A DNA stretch of 33,665 nt from a virus (Duplodnaviria; Caudoviricetes), in the IMG/VR virus record IMGVR_UViG_3300033067_001598, positions 1 to 33,665 of that record. One strand, given 5' to 3'. This document shows positions 1 through 10,761 of the stretch, one piece after another (position 1 is the first letter of the stretch; the number at the start of each line of letters is the position of its first letter). The notes below the pieces were generated by a model. That model did not search any database. It had not been told where the DNA came from and saw only the letters and a program-made list of their open reading frames with translations. Made by a program: the position numbers and the translations under genes.

Positions 1-124
1 CCGTCCGATCTGTTCAGGCGTCCAGTGGTAGCGCCGAGCAAGCGCTATCTCAAGGTCGTAGTATCCGATCTGGTCGCGATGCGTTGTGCCAGAGTCAAGC
101 CGGACGCGCCACCGCTCATAGAGG
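1..124 (+). repeat. Terminal direct repeat, left copy
   Basis: Matches 33542-33665. Positions 49-124 are identical; positions 1-48 have 8 substitutions. Confidence 0.95.
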
Positions 125-503
125 TATTGGCCGCGTCCGATGGCGGGTTTGGGCTGGGGGCTGCCTTGTTGTGCTCGGCAATCGCGTCACTGACCGCCGC
201 AATGTGCGGCTCGTTGGGGTCAAGCTTGGCAATGTTGGCGCGGGTGAGCGGGACCGCGTCAAAGTCCGGCCCCTCCCACTTCACAATGTTGTGAATGAGG
301 AGCGCTAGCCCATTCTCCCCCACGCGAATCTCGGGCTTGTTATCCTTGCCCAGCACCAGCATCTCATTCTGCACCTTGCCGCGCGTCTCGACATCCATGC
401 GCGCCTTGATCCAGATGATGTTCGGCGCTCGGTCGGTGATAACCACGTTCGGATCGAACTCGTATACTGGCACCGGGGGATCGTTCACAAAGTAGCGGCT
501 CAT
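45..503 (-). CDS. Tail assembly chaperone (gpG-like)
   Basis: Lies between the tail tube and tape measure genes (across the junction) and has an in-frame slippery heptamer near its 3' end. Confidence 0.85.
   Translation of the reverse strand: MSRYFVNDPPVPVYEFDPNVVITDRAPNIIWIKARMDVETRGKVQNEMLVLGKDNKPEIRVGENGLALLIHNIVKWEGPDFDAVPLTRANIAKLDPNEPHIAAVSDAIAEHNKAAPSPNPPSDAANTSMSGGASGLTLAQRIATRSDTTTLR
147..153 (-). other. Programmed -1 frameshift site C-CCA-AAC
   Basis: X-XXY-YYZ heptamer in the correct frame. The -1 frame is open from here to a stop at 33467. Confidence 0.85.
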
Positions 504-511
504 AGGTACTC

Positions 512-1543
512 CTAGATGGTGGTCTTGGTGTTCTGCGCGTACAGTACAAAGTCAGTCGCAGCGGTGGCGTTGGACTCGCTCATCACGGTGAACTCCATGG
601 TGCGGTTCGTGCCCTCCACATCACCCCATGCGAACGCATCAAGCGGCCCGTAGATGTCGAGTTGCAAATACTCGTAGTAGTCGGGCGTGACACTTTCGAT
701 CAGCGAGCCATTGAGCCGAATGCGCATTTTGACAATCGTGTCACTCTCCCAGAGCCGATACTCTTGCGACGCGCCAATACTGAGATCGTTCAACTCGACC
801 ACGATCTTTGCTTCTGCATGCCGCTTCTTGCGGCCAATTTTGGTAAAGCTGAGATTTGAGGTTGGCCCCTTGGCATAGTATTTGGGAACGCCGCCGGTGG
901 GGATCTTCCATTCGCTTTTGATGAACCGGCCCGTGATCTCGGTCGTGCCGATTGCGGTAGCACCGATGTCGATCCAGAGCTGCATCGCGCTGGGCATCAG
1001 TAGCGAGCCGACGTTCTGGGTTGGCGCGGTGGGAGCACTCACGCGGGTCGGGAATTGCGCGGCCCCGGTAAACTTTGCTTGCACTGCGTTGGTGCCAGTG
1101 GCGTCTGCCGTGATGGTTAGCTCATCCCAATAGGTGAACACGCTCTGGAAGATTTGAACCCCTGGGTCGCCAAAATAGGCAGTCGCCGTGCGAATGTCGT
1201 CACTGGTCATCGTTGGGCTATACGTCCACAGCCGTGTCAGCACGCCGTTGGTTGGTGTGGTTGGCGCAGTGACGCTCTTCATCAGCATGGCCAGCGTGAG
1301 CGGGGCATAGTTCACATCAAACCCGCCCTCGCATTCGATCTTTGCGCCTGCACGCACGGTCTTGCTGCGGTAGGTCTCTGCGAGCGTGCCCCGGCTCTCA
1401 TCAGGGCGGTACTTCTCACGGAATGGCGTCACCTTGCCCGCGTAAGGCAGGTAGTGGGTCGGCGGAGTCACCGCCGTGCCGCGGGTCGCAGTGCCCTCAA
1501 GTGCGAGCGCGAGGTATTCAAAGGCGATTTCAGCAGCAGGCAT
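512..1543 (-). CDS. Major tail tube protein
   Basis: 343 aa, Thr-rich and beta-type, in the canonical position between tail completion and chaperone genes. Confidence 0.8.
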   Translation of the reverse strand: MPAAEIAFEYLALALEGTATRGTAVTPPTHYLPYAGKVTPFREKYRPDESRGTLAETYRSKTVRAGAKIECEGGFDVNYAPLTLAMLMKSVTAPTTPTNGVLTRLWTYSPTMTSDDIRTATAYFGDPGVQIFQSVFTYWDELTITADATGTNAVQAKFTGAAQFPTRVSAPTAPTQNVGSLLMPSAMQLWIDIGATAIGTTEITGRFIKSEWKIPTGGVPKYYAKGPTSNLSFTKIGRKKRHAEAKIVVELNDLSIGASQEYRLWESDTIVKMRIRLNGSLIESVTPDYYEYLQLDIYGPLDAFAWGDVEGTNRTMEFTVMSESNATAATDFVLYAQNTKTTI

Positions 1544-1552
1544 GGTGTACTC

Positions 1553-1975
1553 CTAACGTTGAATCTTCTCAAGAACCGTCAGCGTATAATCGACAATGCG
1601 GTAGGTCGTACCGCCGATCTCCTGGTAGCCAGTCGTGCCAGCATCAATATAGCCAAGCCCCTTGGTAATCGTGTTTCCAAAGCGCGGATCGTCGTCTATC
1701 GCATCCGGAATAGCATCAAGCAGGGCTAAAAGTTGCGCCTCGGCGACCTCGCGATCTTGCCAGCGGATGACCAGGCGCAGCACGAACGAATGAAACATGC
1801 CCGTAAGGTTGCGCGCGGGTGGCGTGTTGCGTAATGGGCGCGTGAACCCCTGGTAGGCCACATACAGGCAGGGCAGGTCATGCGTCGCGGTAGGTTCGCC
1901 CAACACCACCGCATGCAGCCCATCGATGTCAGCAAGGGTGAGTTGTAATGCGTCCCAAATCGTTGCTGCACTCAT
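1553..1975 (-). CDS. Tail completion/terminator protein
   Basis: 140 aa, directly upstream of the tail tube gene. Confidence 0.65.
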   Translation of the reverse strand: MSAATIWDALQLTLADIDGLHAVVLGEPTATHDLPCLYVAYQGFTRPLRNTPPARNLTGMFHSFVLRLVIRWQDREVAEAQLLALLDAIPDAIDDDPRFGNTITKGLGYIDAGTTGYQEIGGTTYRIVDYTLTVLEKIQR

Positions 1976-2316
1976 AGCCCCTCGCTCACCTTCTGGAAGT
2001 AGCTGTCACCAAGCTCCTGGAGCGCCTTATCGATCGCGCCCCGGCTATCCTCAATGCCCTGAATGAAGAATGGGCGCGCCGCCATGAACCGCGTCCCGTT
2101 ATGCACGAATGGCGCATACTGCACATTGGTGCCTACAAATCCGCGCATGCCGCCGCGCTCTATGCGAGTCGTCTCGCTACGGCGCAGGAGCCCGGTCTTC
2201 ACGGGTGTGCGAATCTTGCTATTCGCCAGCACCGCATGCACGATGGTCTGCATCGCTACTTCGGTGGGCAGCGGCGTCTCGTTGATCTTCCGTGCAAGTG
2301 TGTCGGCGTCGCTCAT
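1972..2316 (-). CDS. HK97 gp10-family neck/tail protein
   Basis: Motifs TPVKTGLLRRS, VGTNVQYAPFVHNGT and MAARPF. Start chosen at the ATGA overlap. Confidence 0.85.
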   Translation of the reverse strand: MSDADTLARKINETPLPTEVAMQTIVHAVLANSKIRTPVKTGLLRRSETTRIERGGMRGFVGTNVQYAPFVHNGTRFMAARPFFIQGIEDSRGAIDKALQELGDSYFQKVSEGL

Positions 2317-2906
2317 ACCCACCCCTGTTTGATCTGATTGGCGGTATTGAGTAGGATCGCTTGCTGCTGCTCATTGAGCCCGCTCACAATCCGGATCGCC
2401 CCGCCCCCCGTCGCGCCTACGGTTTCAACCATGCCGCCCTTGTCGCGCGCGCGCCAGAGGTTCACCGCCAGCTCAAGGCTCAGCTCTTCAATGGCAGCGG
2501 GCACGGTCGCGCCATAGCCCCAGATTGCGGTAATCCGGTAGCGCTCCATTGACCAGCCGTACGAGCGATACAACCGCCCATCTTCCTCAAGCCACTGATC
2601 GGCTACGGTGGCGTAGGTCGATGGGTTGGTGCCCGACTCATACTCAACCAGGGTGACACTTCCTGACTGATGCGCGGGGATCGTCAGGTACAGCGAGGGG
2701 AAGCCGCGCACGATCTTGGTGCTTGCGGCTCCATACGCGGCATAGTCGAAGGTCGCATCGGCCAGTAGCACGCGCATAGCATCACGCACCATGCCCGTGG
2801 CGCGGGTAAGGGTTGCGGTCAGCGTGGTATCGTTCTCGCTGCCGAGCTGAATCTGTGGCAGATACGCGCGCAATTGCTCAATGGTGGCATACATGGCGGT
2901 TGGCAT
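2313..2906 (-). CDS. Head-tail adaptor/connector protein
   Basis: N-terminal YATIEQLRAYL and ITAIWGY..VPAAI motif; position after the capsid genes. Confidence 0.75.
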   Translation of the reverse strand: MPTAMYATIEQLRAYLPQIQLGSENDTTLTATLTRATGMVRDAMRVLLADATFDYAAYGAASTKIVRGFPSLYLTIPAHQSGSVTLVEYESGTNPSTYATVADQWLEEDGRLYRSYGWSMERYRITAIWGYGATVPAAIEELSLELAVNLWRARDKGGMVETVGATGGGAIRIVSGLNEQQQAILLNTANQIKQGWV

Positions 2907-2908
2907 AG

Positions 2909-3127
2909 CTACTTGCCTTTATTGCTTAGTCCTTGCTTCCGGCTCTTATTCTCAGGCTCAGGCTTGGCCTTCTCTTCAACCAGGCCGTACTGCGCTGCTT
3001 GCTCCATGGGCATCTGCCCACCTGGGCCGATGAGCAGGAAAGCGGCTTCCGCATGGCCGTGTGGTACCACACGGCCATCACGGGTAAGATAGACGGCTTC
3101 CCCGATGTGAATATACAGGCCGCTCAT
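2909..3127 (-). CDS. Small hypothetical virion-module protein
   Basis: 72 aa, overlaps the upstream gene by ATGA and has a Lys-rich C-terminus. Confidence 0.65.
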   Translation of the reverse strand: MSGLYIHIGEAVYLTRDGRVVPHGHAEAAFLLIGPGGQMPMEQAAQYGLVEEKAKPEPENKSRKQGLSNKGK

Positions 3128-3636
3128 GTCTGTGTCCCGACGACCGTCCAGGTTGGCGCAAGCGCCGTGCCGGTGTTGATATGGAGAATGCCCGTATCCT
3201 GGCGAATAAGCAGCGCGCCCTTCGCAAACCCGCGTCCGCTTGCATCCACTCCTGGGGTGGTCTCTGCAACCGACAACGTGGCGGTTCCGGTCAGGCTGTT
3301 ATTGGCAACCGCGATCACGCTGCTGATCGCCTTTTTGCCATTGTTGCCATTGAATGTGATTGTCGCTGTGCCGACGCCTGCGGTCATCGTGCCGACTGCG
3401 GTGGTCACACCACTTGCACCAATACTTGGCAGCGCTTCGAGTGCTGCGTCAATATTGGCGATCAGGGTAGCGTTGGTCGCATTCCAACTAATCGCGGCAG
3501 TCGTGAACCCCTCAAAACTGAGCTTGAACGTACCCCCGGTTGCATCAATGGTGAGCGTCTGTACCTCATCCGTGCCTGCGACTGGTGCGCCTGCGGTGAT
3601 GAGTGCGACGCTGGTTGCGCCCTCAATGATTGGCAT
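3124..3636 (-). CDS. Putative head decoration/structural protein
   Basis: Follows the capsid gene with a GGAGG RBS; beta-rich with DEVQTLTI..TGGTFKLSF motif. Confidence 0.6.
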   Translation of the reverse strand: MPIIEGATSVALITAGAPVAGTDEVQTLTIDATGGTFKLSFEGFTTAAISWNATNATLIANIDAALEALPSIGASGVTTAVGTMTAGVGTATITFNGNNGKKAISSVIAVANNSLTGTATLSVAETTPGVDASGRGFAKGALLIRQDTGILHINTGTALAPTWTVVGTQT

Positions 3637-3687
3637 AGTCTATCCCTCCAAGAGCGCCGGACAGTTGCCCGCCCGGCGCGAATGCTA

Positions 3688-4920
3688 CTAGATACCGGTA
3701 ACCGTGCAGAACGCGGCGGCCCGATAGATCTCAAGACTCAAGCGCTCTTCCAGGCGAATGGTCTGCTGATTCTTGAGGAACTGGTCATTGACCCAGCCCA
3801 CATCAATGCGCAGACCCATGCGTCGGCTGATATGCGAGAACATCGCAAAATCGCCAACCAGCGCGGTGTTCAGGGTGATAGCCGTGGTCTGTACCACTGG
3901 CAGCCCCCAGATGCGATCCGGCCCCATGTCGGTCGGGCTGCCCCAGATGTAAATGCCATCTGCGGTGCGCAGCAGCTTCACATCCTGCCAGTCGGTCGGG
4001 TGGATTACAATCCCGCTTGGCTCGGCATAGCCGGTGAACCGCAGCAGTACCATGGCCTTATAGATGGCGTCCGGTGTCGGATCCGCGCCCTTTGCCTGGG
4101 TCTGAATGCCGGGCTTGTTGAGGAAGCCCAGGATCTGCGGCGTGGTGCCGGTGCCGGTGAGCAGATAATCCTCTTCCTTCAGTTCAACCATCAGGCTCAG
4201 TCGCTGGTTGATGATGCCCTGGATCGATGGCACATCATCAAGCTGCTCCTCGGTCACCGGCAAAGTAACGGCAATCTTCTCAACCGTGACACTGCGCTCG
4301 GTGAACGCCAGCGCAGCCTCTGGCTTGGTGCCACTCTCCGCTACCGCCGCCGCGTTGTTGGTGAAGGTCGTCTCTTCCATGTACTTGATCAGGCTCAGCT
4401 CAGTCGAGTCCTGGGGGATGAGATCGGCTACCACCGCGCGGCGCTGCGCTGACAAGATCACCGTGTTGGTGCGCGCGTTCACTGCGGCAAAGCCAGCGCC
4501 GGTGCTCATCACGGTCTTGCGCTCTTGTCGGCTCTTGGTCTCATCGAAGTCTTCAAAGGCCGTACCGAACTGACGACCCTTGATCCCGCGCAGTCGCTTG
4601 TAGTCGTCGGCTGCGGTGAAGCGCTCGCCCAGGCTCTTGCCCTCGTTGCGTGTGACCTGGCCGGCCTCGCGCTCGTCACTCACACTGCGACCCTTCACAT
4701 CTGCGGCGATCCGATCCAGCTCCGCAGCGGTCTCGAACTGCTTGCCGAGATCGGTCAGCTCTTCATTGCGGCGGCGGATCTCCGCTACCTTCTCGTCCGA
4801 TGTACCGCTGATGGCGGTCACGCGTGACATGTCCATGTCGCTTCCGGCTTCGCGGAAGATGGTCGCGAGCTGATCGCGCTTGGCGTTCAGCTCTTGCTGT
4901 AGCTCGTACTTCAGTTTCAC
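3688..4920 (-). CDS. Major capsid protein, HK97 fold
   Basis: N-terminal coiled-coil delta domain; motifs [33 protein letters not shown] and EERL. Confidence 0.95.
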   Translation of the reverse strand: MKLKYELQQELNAKRDQLATIFREAGSDMDMSRVTAISGTSDEKVAEIRRRNEELTDLGKQFETAAELDRIAADVKGRSVSDEREAGQVTRNEGKSLGERFTAADDYKRLRGIKGRQFGTAFEDFDETKSRQERKTVMSTGAGFAAVNARTNTVILSAQRRAVVADLIPQDSTELSLIKYMEETTFTNNAAAVAESGTKPEAALAFTERSVTVEKIAVTLPVTEEQLDDVPSIQGIINQRLSLMVELKEEDYLLTGTGTTPQILGFLNKPGIQTQAKGADPTPDAIYKAMVLLRFTGYAEPSGIVIHPTDWQDVKLLRTADGIYIWGSPTDMGPDRIWGLPVVQTTAITLNTALVGDFAMFSHISRRMGLRIDVGWVNDQFLKNQQTIRLEERLSLEIYRAAAFCTVTGI

Positions 4921-5726
4921 AGTAGATGTACTCCATTAAGTTGGGCAAGCGTGCGCTGGGTTTGCAGATACAGCGCTTGCATGTCGATAGCCTGCTTCGG
5001 TTCCGCCTGACTGAGAATGTCGCGCAGCGCCGCAATCGACGACTCAAGGTCGTCGGCCAGGCTCTTGAGTGCGCTATAGTTCGCACTGCTGAGTACCCGG
5101 CCTTCCTTGGCTCGGCGCGCGTTGAGCTCTTTCAGTCGGGCCGTATATGCGGCAATGGCGGCTTTCACCGTATCACCGTGCGCGACGAGGGCCAGGCCTT
5201 TCGTACCATCGGCACTTGTTGCGGGATTCATTCCCCAATTCACATCAGAGATGTCATACAGATCGGCCTCATAGAGGTTGCGGATCTGTGGTTCCTGGTC
5301 GCTCACGCTCTTCTCGAAGTCCCACCGCTTGGGCTCGTACGCATAGCTCATCTCACTGAGCGCGCCTGCTTGGAGCGCCTGCAGGACTTCATTGGCGCGC
5401 GGCGTATCGAGGTAGGTGCGCTTCACCGCGACCCCGCCCGTCGCATTAGGGGCGTACAGTTGCACGGCAGGCGGCAGATCGGCCTTGCCAACCTCATACA
5501 CGTTGTCAATCGTGGCAATCGGTGGGGCGCTACTGTCGTGCTGCCACAAGAACACGCTACGCTTGCGGCCTTCGGCGGTGAAGTCACCAAACAGGCCGGG
5601 GTGGCTGCGGTCGCGATAGCTCCAGCCGTCGCCGCTGTCTACGTTGCCATGCACCGCGAAAATGCCGGTAACACTACGACCGTCAATCCCCATGACGGCG
5701 GCCTTACTGGATTTGTACTCAATCAT
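4917..5726 (-). CDS. Prohead maturation protease (HK97 gp4-like) with C-terminal extension
   Basis: Motifs [25 protein letters not shown] and KEGRVLS; lies between portal and capsid. Confidence 0.88.
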   Translation of the reverse strand: MIEYKSSKAAVMGIDGRSVTGIFAVHGNVDSGDGWSYRDRSHPGLFGDFTAEGRKRSVFLWQHDSSAPPIATIDNVYEVGKADLPPAVQLYAPNATGGVAVKRTYLDTPRANEVLQALQAGALSEMSYAYEPKRWDFEKSVSDQEPQIRNLYEADLYDISDVNWGMNPATSADGTKGLALVAHGDTVKAAIAAYTARLKELNARRAKEGRVLSSANYSALKSLADDLESSIAALRDILSQAEPKQAIDMQALYLQTQRTLAQLNGVHLL

Positions 5727-7729
5727 GGGGCACTCCTTACAATCGGTATCAGATCACATCGACAATTCGGATGCGATGGCGGGCCGACAATACCCGGCGC
5801 AAACTCATCACCCGCATTCACCGCTTTGCCGCTTAGCGACGCACACAGATCGCTTACGAGGTCATCACCAGCGGTGAGCCACTGCACCTGATCGACCACG
5901 CCCGACTCCTGGTAGGCCAGGATGCTGGCGCGCGTGTAGGCGTTGGCAGTCTCGGTGCGCGCGATCATCTCGGCGCGGCTGGGTGCGTTGGTTGCGCCGG
6001 TGGCAATAATCGCATCAGCCAGCTCGCTAATACTCCATCCCTCACTGGCCTGCTTGCCAATCAGGGCGCGGATCTCGTCGCGGGTTGTCTCACTCACCAC
6101 CTTGACCTGCTTCGCCAGCTGGTCAAGCACTTGCTGCACTTTGTCATTGGCAAGGTCGAAGGCAATGTCAACCGCAAGGGTCGTTGCGGCGCTTGCGAAT
6201 GCGTTTTGTGCAATTACTTCATAGGAGCGCCTGAGCAGCAGCCCGATCCCATCCCCAAAGTCAAGGCCGAGCTGATCGACCGTGGCCACGGTTACGGTTG
6301 CCAGATCGCGAATGCCGTTCGCAGCGGTGCGATACTGTTCTGCAAGATAGCCCTGGCTTTGGCGCTGCATCGTGCGCTCAACCCGCTGCAACTCGGCGTC
6401 GTTCTTATCCTTTCGCAAGCGCTTGGGCGGCGCGGGCATCGGAACCGAAACCGGCGTGAGCATGCCAGACAGGTTGGTCATCGGCTTGGCAACGTACAGA
6501 TCGTCACCGCCTGGCACGGGCATGCTGCCGATAGCGGCGCGGAACTCATTGAATGAGATAACCCCAGCGGCATAGTTCTCACGCGCCCGCTTCTGAATGG
6601 CGTCAACATCTTCCTGCATGGCGGCCACCTGACTAAAGTCGTATTGCAGCCGGATCGCCTCACTGCGGATGGCGCGCTCATCCTCATATTCGGTCAGCAA
6701 TCCCCAGAGCCAGAACAGCCGCCACTCACGGAACGCCGGTGACATGGTGGCGTCCCAGAATCCCGCCCATGCCTCTTTCAGGTTGCTGTAGGTGGCCCTA
6801 AGCAACCCCACATAGGCATACACAATCAGCGGGGGCACCCCAAAGGTCATACAGATACGCGCCTCCGCGACACTGCGCAAGGTCTGGCTTTGGAGCTTGT
6901 CGAGCGTCGCGCCGGTCTCTTGCCATTTGACATCAACATCAAGCACGCCAATTCCATGTTGCCTGCCGGTGCGGTTACCATAGACCGATCGCCACTTGTC
7001 GCGGATCTCATCCCGCTGCGTCTCATTGAGTGGCCTGTTAAAATTGAGCAATCCTGGTGGTACGCCACCATTGGCAAAGAACGCGCGTACATAGTCGGTC
7101 TGACTGCTATCGCTATCGACCGCACCGAGCGCGGCCACCAGCGGTGGTGGGTCGTACCAGGATGGGGCGCTGCGAATCAGCAGTTCATCAAGCCCATAGT
7201 CACGGCGCTGACTGCCATCTGACCAGCAGTAGCCGGTAATGGTATTGTTGCGAATAATTGGCTCCATGCACCCAGGGTTGAGCGGATACAGCGCCGTAAG
7301 CAACCCATTCGTGTACTCTTTAGCACAGAAGAACCGGCGCGGGTTGCTCACATCCCAGCTGACGAATGCGGCCTTCATTAGATCAGCCTCGGTCATGTCT
7401 GGGTTGGGTCGCATCAGCAAGGCGCGGAAGGGATGATCGATCTGCTCTTCCCACTCCACTTTGCCATTGCGGTTGACGCGCTTCTGTACCACCAGGCGCG
7501 GATCAAGCGCTGCGGTGGCCTTGATGTTGATGCACGCGAACACCAGTTCGTTCTTCATCTGCGCGGCCTGAAGCGCGCCGGTGCTAGTGGACTGAATGCC
7601 CAGCCCATTGAGCGAGCGGATCTCGGTCACGAACCCGCCCGGCTGCATGCTCGTCCCTGACTGGCTGATGCTCAGTCCTTTGAGTCCGCGATTGCGCCGC
7701 GCGATGAATTGTTCAAACCAATTTGCCAT
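5723..7729 (-). CDS. Portal protein fused to a MuF (SPP1 gp7-like) head morphogenesis domain
   Basis: Portal motifs FFANGGVPPG, ICMTFGVPP and ATYSN; C-terminal RAEMIARTE...HPNCRC. Start taken at ATG 7729. Confidence 0.9.
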   Translation of the reverse strand: MANWFEQFIARRNRGLKGLSISQSGTSMQPGGFVTEIRSLNGLGIQSTSTGALQAAQMKNELVFACINIKATAALDPRLVVQKRVNRNGKVEWEEQIDHPFRALLMRPNPDMTEADLMKAAFVSWDVSNPRRFFCAKEYTNGLLTALYPLNPGCMEPIIRNNTITGYCWSDGSQRRDYGLDELLIRSAPSWYDPPPLVAALGAVDSDSSQTDYVRAFFANGGVPPGLLNFNRPLNETQRDEIRDKWRSVYGNRTGRQHGIGVLDVDVKWQETGATLDKLQSQTLRSVAEARICMTFGVPPLIVYAYVGLLRATYSNLKEAWAGFWDATMSPAFREWRLFWLWGLLTEYEDERAIRSEAIRLQYDFSQVAAMQEDVDAIQKRARENYAAGVISFNEFRAAIGSMPVPGGDDLYVAKPMTNLSGMLTPVSVPMPAPPKRLRKDKNDAELQRVERTMQRQSQGYLAEQYRTAANGIRDLATVTVATVDQLGLDFGDGIGLLLRRSYEVIAQNAFASAATTLAVDIAFDLANDKVQQVLDQLAKQVKVVSETTRDEIRALIGKQASEGWSISELADAIIATGATNAPSRAEMIARTETANAYTRASILAYQESGVVDQVQWLTAGDDLVSDLCASLSGKAVNAGDEFAPGIVGPPSHPNCRCDLIPIVRSAP

Positions 7730-7731
7730 CG

Positions 7732-9120
7732 TTATATCCCTGGTGTGCCCATGTTCGCAAGCGCGCTTGCGGCAATGGCAAGACTCATGACACAATCCTG
7801 AACCAGCGCCCCATCGTCCCATTGGTACATGGTCAACTCTTTGCGCTCCTGTGCGGTCCACTGTGCCTTGAACCGATTGTGCTCAAGCAACAGTTGTAAT
7901 GCCTGGATTGCCTGTACCTTACTCTTCGCGGTTGTCACGAACGGTCGTGCGAAGACGTTCAGGTTCTCAATGAGCGTATCGCCGACGCCATTGCTTTCAA
8001 CCACCAACAGCCCGCCGTACATGTTCGCCTGCGCTTCGATTGCTTGCTGAATGAGGGGATACGGCTGGCGCTCGATTCGAGTATGGGCGACGCGCTGATA
8101 GGGAACCGTGGTTGCGTCAATCGTGTTGATCACCGTGGCATCTTGCCGTCGTCCAATATCAGCGGTCGTCACATAGTAGTGACCTTTGATCGGCGGCTGA
8201 TTGCCAGTCGCGCCAGTCTCGGCCCTGGCAAGCGCATCTTGTCCGAATACGACAATGCCCGATCCCACGAAGTCGCAATCAAACTCAGCACTCCACTGCT
8301 GTGCGGTATAGGTTGGTCGGGTATCCTGAAACCATGCCCCAGCCTCGCCCGCTTCCCGCGCGAGCTCGTCATCCTCGATTGCATGCCCATCTGGGTTGTA
8401 GGCTGGGCAGCGGTACCATGGCACGCGCATGCGGGCAAAGTCGCCGCCGAGCCAGAGTTCATGGAACAGGTTAACCATGCCGTTCGGCGTGCTGCCAATC
8501 GTAAGCCGCCCGCCCTGTGAGATCGTCGGGCTGATCGATTGATAGATGTCTTCGGCATAGTCGGCATAGGCGAACTCATCAAGATAGACATCGGTTGCCG
8601 TAAATCCCCGCCCCGTGCTGCGGTTGGCGGGAATGCTCTTGATGCGACTCCCATTTGCAAGGCCCATCTCGCCCTCATTTTGCTTGATGAGCTCAGGGGC
8701 ATTGCGTAGCCGATTGTAGGCAATATAGCAGTAGCGCAACAGGTTGGTTGCCAGATCCTGCGATCGACTCACCAGCAGCACCGTAGCAGATGGCGTGTGC
8801 GCAGCCGTGTAGAGCGCCTCCAAGGCAAACACCTGGCTAAAGCCAATCTGCCGGGCCTTGAGCACGATTCGGCGCGGCGCGTCTCGCATCGCAAGGAATG
8901 CCTCCTGATACGGATACGGCTCAAACGCGATCAGACCACGCCGCGCATGCGGGATCGTGGCATTCGCGCGCGCCCATGTCACCGGATCAGGGGGCGGCTT
9001 ATTCGTCTTCGGCGTTTTGATCCGCAAGCCCTTCGAGAAGTCGAAGTGCCTTATCGGCACTGACCCCGTGAAGAACTGCAAGTTCCGAAGCGCTTTGCTG
9101 TTTGAGCCATGTTTCATCAC
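7732..9120 (-). CDS. terL: Terminase large subunit
   Basis: Walker A KARQIGFS, Walker B VYLDEFAY, STPNG coupling motif and nuclease motifs ADIG, ESNGVG and DCVMS. The true start is probably near 8980-9030. Confidence 0.95.
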   Translation of the reverse strand: MMKHGSNSKALRNLQFFTGSVPIRHFDFSKGLRIKTPKTNKPPPDPVTWARANATIPHARRGLIAFEPYPYQEAFLAMRDAPRRIVLKARQIGFSQVFALEALYTAAHTPSATVLLVSRSQDLATNLLRYCYIAYNRLRNAPELIKQNEGEMGLANGSRIKSIPANRSTGRGFTATDVYLDEFAYADYAEDIYQSISPTISQGGRLTIGSTPNGMVNLFHELWLGGDFARMRVPWYRCPAYNPDGHAIEDDELAREAGEAGAWFQDTRPTYTAQQWSAEFDCDFVGSGIVVFGQDALARAETGATGNQPPIKGHYYVTTADIGRRQDATVINTIDATTVPYQRVAHTRIERQPYPLIQQAIEAQANMYGGLLVVESNGVGDTLIENLNVFARPFVTTAKSKVQAIQALQLLLEHNRFKAQWTAQERKELTMYQWDDGALVQDCVMSLAIAASALANMGTPGI

Positions 9121-9370
9121 GGAAGAATACCTGCTGCGTCTTCAAGGTCTCTAGATTGACCACAAGATACTCAAGTAAAAGCTCACCGATCCGCTCCCTT
9201 TTTGGGGTTGCGCCGGTTGTAACCCCGTCTGGCTGATGCTTGTCGCGTGACTTCCAGCCCTTCAGGGTGCCAATTGGCACCCCAAACAGTTGCGATACTT
9301 GCGTATAGCTCTGTCCCGCATAGAGCGCCGCAAGTACCTGTGCTCTCAGATGTTCGCTATGCTCGCTCAT
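8999..9370 (-). CDS. terS: Terminase small subunit
   Basis: N-terminal HTH ([20 protein letters not shown]) plus helices, immediately upstream of terL. Confidence 0.75.
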   Translation of the reverse strand: MSEHSEHLRAQVLAALYAGQSYTQVSQLFGVPIGTLKGWKSRDKHQPDGVTTGATPKRERIGELLLEYLVVNLETLKTQQVFFRDETWLKQQSASELAVLHGVSADKALRLLEGLADQNAEDE

Positions 9371-9714
9371 GCGATTTCCCTGCCCACCCGTACCCACATC
9401 TTGGCCTTGTCATTGTTCGGGAAGGTCATCAGTTTGCTGCTCGGGAAGGTCACCTGGAACTCGGCATCATATTCCCCGGCGGTGTCGGTATCCGTGCCTG
9501 CCCAGGTATAGCTGACAATCCCACTGGCCGGGGTGACAATCGCGCCCGCGGCATTGGCCTTGATGGCGTTCGTGGTGCGATTGCGCATCCGAAACGTGAC
9601 TGCGGTTGCGGTGGTCAGATCGACCGCAACCCCAAGCGCATCGGTGAGCGTTGCGACCAATACCGGCAGGAGGTCATTTTGACCAATGATAAAATCTGGC
9701 TTGAGCAGGCTCAT
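9367..9714 (-). CDS. BppU N-terminal-like Ig-fold structural protein
   Basis: Pattern [35 protein letters not shown]. Confidence 0.75.
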   Translation of the reverse strand: MSLLKPDFIIGQNDLLPVLVATLTDALGVAVDLTTATAVTFRMRNRTTNAIKANAAGAIVTPASGIVSYTWAGTDTDTAGEYDAEFQVTFPSSKLMTFPNNDKAKMWVRVGREIA

Positions 9715-10757
9715 AGCATATCCGTTTCGGTATGACCATCATTGATTGGCGTTGCCTTTGTCTCGGTGATCACTGTGCTGCGGATCCCGGTCGCGCCATC
9801 GGTTGCGGTCTGCGCGCGTCGGTCGCTCAGCGCGCGGGCCACGATTGCCCGCAGATACATCAGGTTGGCGGCGACCAGCGCGCGGGTTGGCTGAAGCACA
9901 GACGGGGCCGAGCTGCCAGGCACCAGCCCGGCCAATAGTCCGCCAATGCTCGTTAACGCTCCGCTGAGGAACTTGCCAATGCGCCGCGTGAGTGTGCCCG
10001 CACTCGTTAAGGTTCCCGTAAGCAGCTTGGTGGTTCGGCGTGCCAGGGTGCCATTCATGGTCAAGGTGCCCACAAGCGCCTTCCCACTCTGTCGTATCAG
10101 GGTGCCCGCGCTCGTGAGCGTTGCGGTGAACGTCTTTGCGGTGCGCCGCGTCAGTGCGCCGCTCATGGTAAGCGCTGCGGTAAGTGCGCGACTGGTGAGC
10201 TTGGTTAATCCACCGCTCGTAGTTAACGTTGCAATCAGCGCCTTGTTCGTCTGGCGAATGAGTGCACCGCTACTCGTCAGGGTGCCCGCAAGCGCTTTCA
10301 GTACCACGCGGATTGTGGCAAGCGTCGCGCTACTGGTCAGCGTGCCCGCGAGTAGCTTATTTGTTTGCTTGATCAGGGTTGCGCTACTCGTGAGTGCTCC
10401 GCTCAAGAGCTTGCTGGTCTGTCGAACAAGCGAACCTGCACTGGTCAGCGTTGCACTGAGCGCCTTCCCGGCCTGTTTAATAAGTGCCCCGGTCATGGTC
10501 AGGGTGCCCGTAAATGCTTTTCGGGCTTGCTTGATCAATGCACCCGACATGGTGAGCGTTCCGGCTTTGGTTGTCTGCGTTTGTTTCAGGAGTGCGCCTG
10601 CCATGGTCAACGTGCCTGCGATGGGCTTGCTTGTCTGCCGAATAAGTGCACCAGACATGGTAAGCGTCCCCGCAATAGCTTGCGTGAAGTTGCTCGCCCC
10701 GCTTGTGACAGGGAGCGCGCTTACGGGGATACTACTGGTTGGGGCAAAACCAAGCAT
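9711..10757 (-). CDS. 18-aa repeat protein (putative fibre ruler/core)
   Basis: About 14 tandem repeats of consensus ALxGTLTSxGALxRQTxK, after an N-terminal MLGFAP. Confidence 0.7.
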   Translation of the reverse strand: MLGFAPTSSIPVSALPVTSGASNFTQAIAGTLTMSGALIRQTSKPIAGTLTMAGALLKQTQTTKAGTLTMSGALIKQARKAFTGTLTMTGALIKQAGKALSATLTSAGSLVRQTSKLLSGALTSSATLIKQTNKLLAGTLTSSATLATIRVVLKALAGTLTSSGALIRQTNKALIATLTTSGGLTKLTSRALTAALTMSGALTRRTAKTFTATLTSAGTLIRQSGKALVGTLTMNGTLARRTTKLLTGTLTSAGTLTRRIGKFLSGALTSIGGLLAGLVPGSSAPSVLQPTRALVAANLMYLRAIVARALSDRRAQTATDGATGIRSTVITETKATPINDGHTETDML

Positions 10758-10761
10758 TACA

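Noticed and set aside
1-48. Diversity-generating retroelement TR/VR pair (1-48 versus 33542-33589)
   Set aside because: The differences are bidirectional, mostly synonymous transitions rather than adenine-specific changes, and no reverse transcriptase is encoded.
3655-3679. Hairpin after the capsid gene as a novel RNA
   Set aside because: A short GC stem in the usual place for a stability or attenuation hairpin, with no further support.
3181-4452. Long plus-strand ORFs opposite structural genes (also 4926-5891, 9946-10941 and 14196-15182)
   Set aside because: These are antisense shadows of well-supported genes in GC-rich DNA, with no motifs or RBS.
7730-7861. N-terminal extensions in the ORF track (portal, terS, 12487-13185, RecT)
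   Set aside because: They overlap upstream genes or leaders; downstream starts have better RBS or stop-start coupling.
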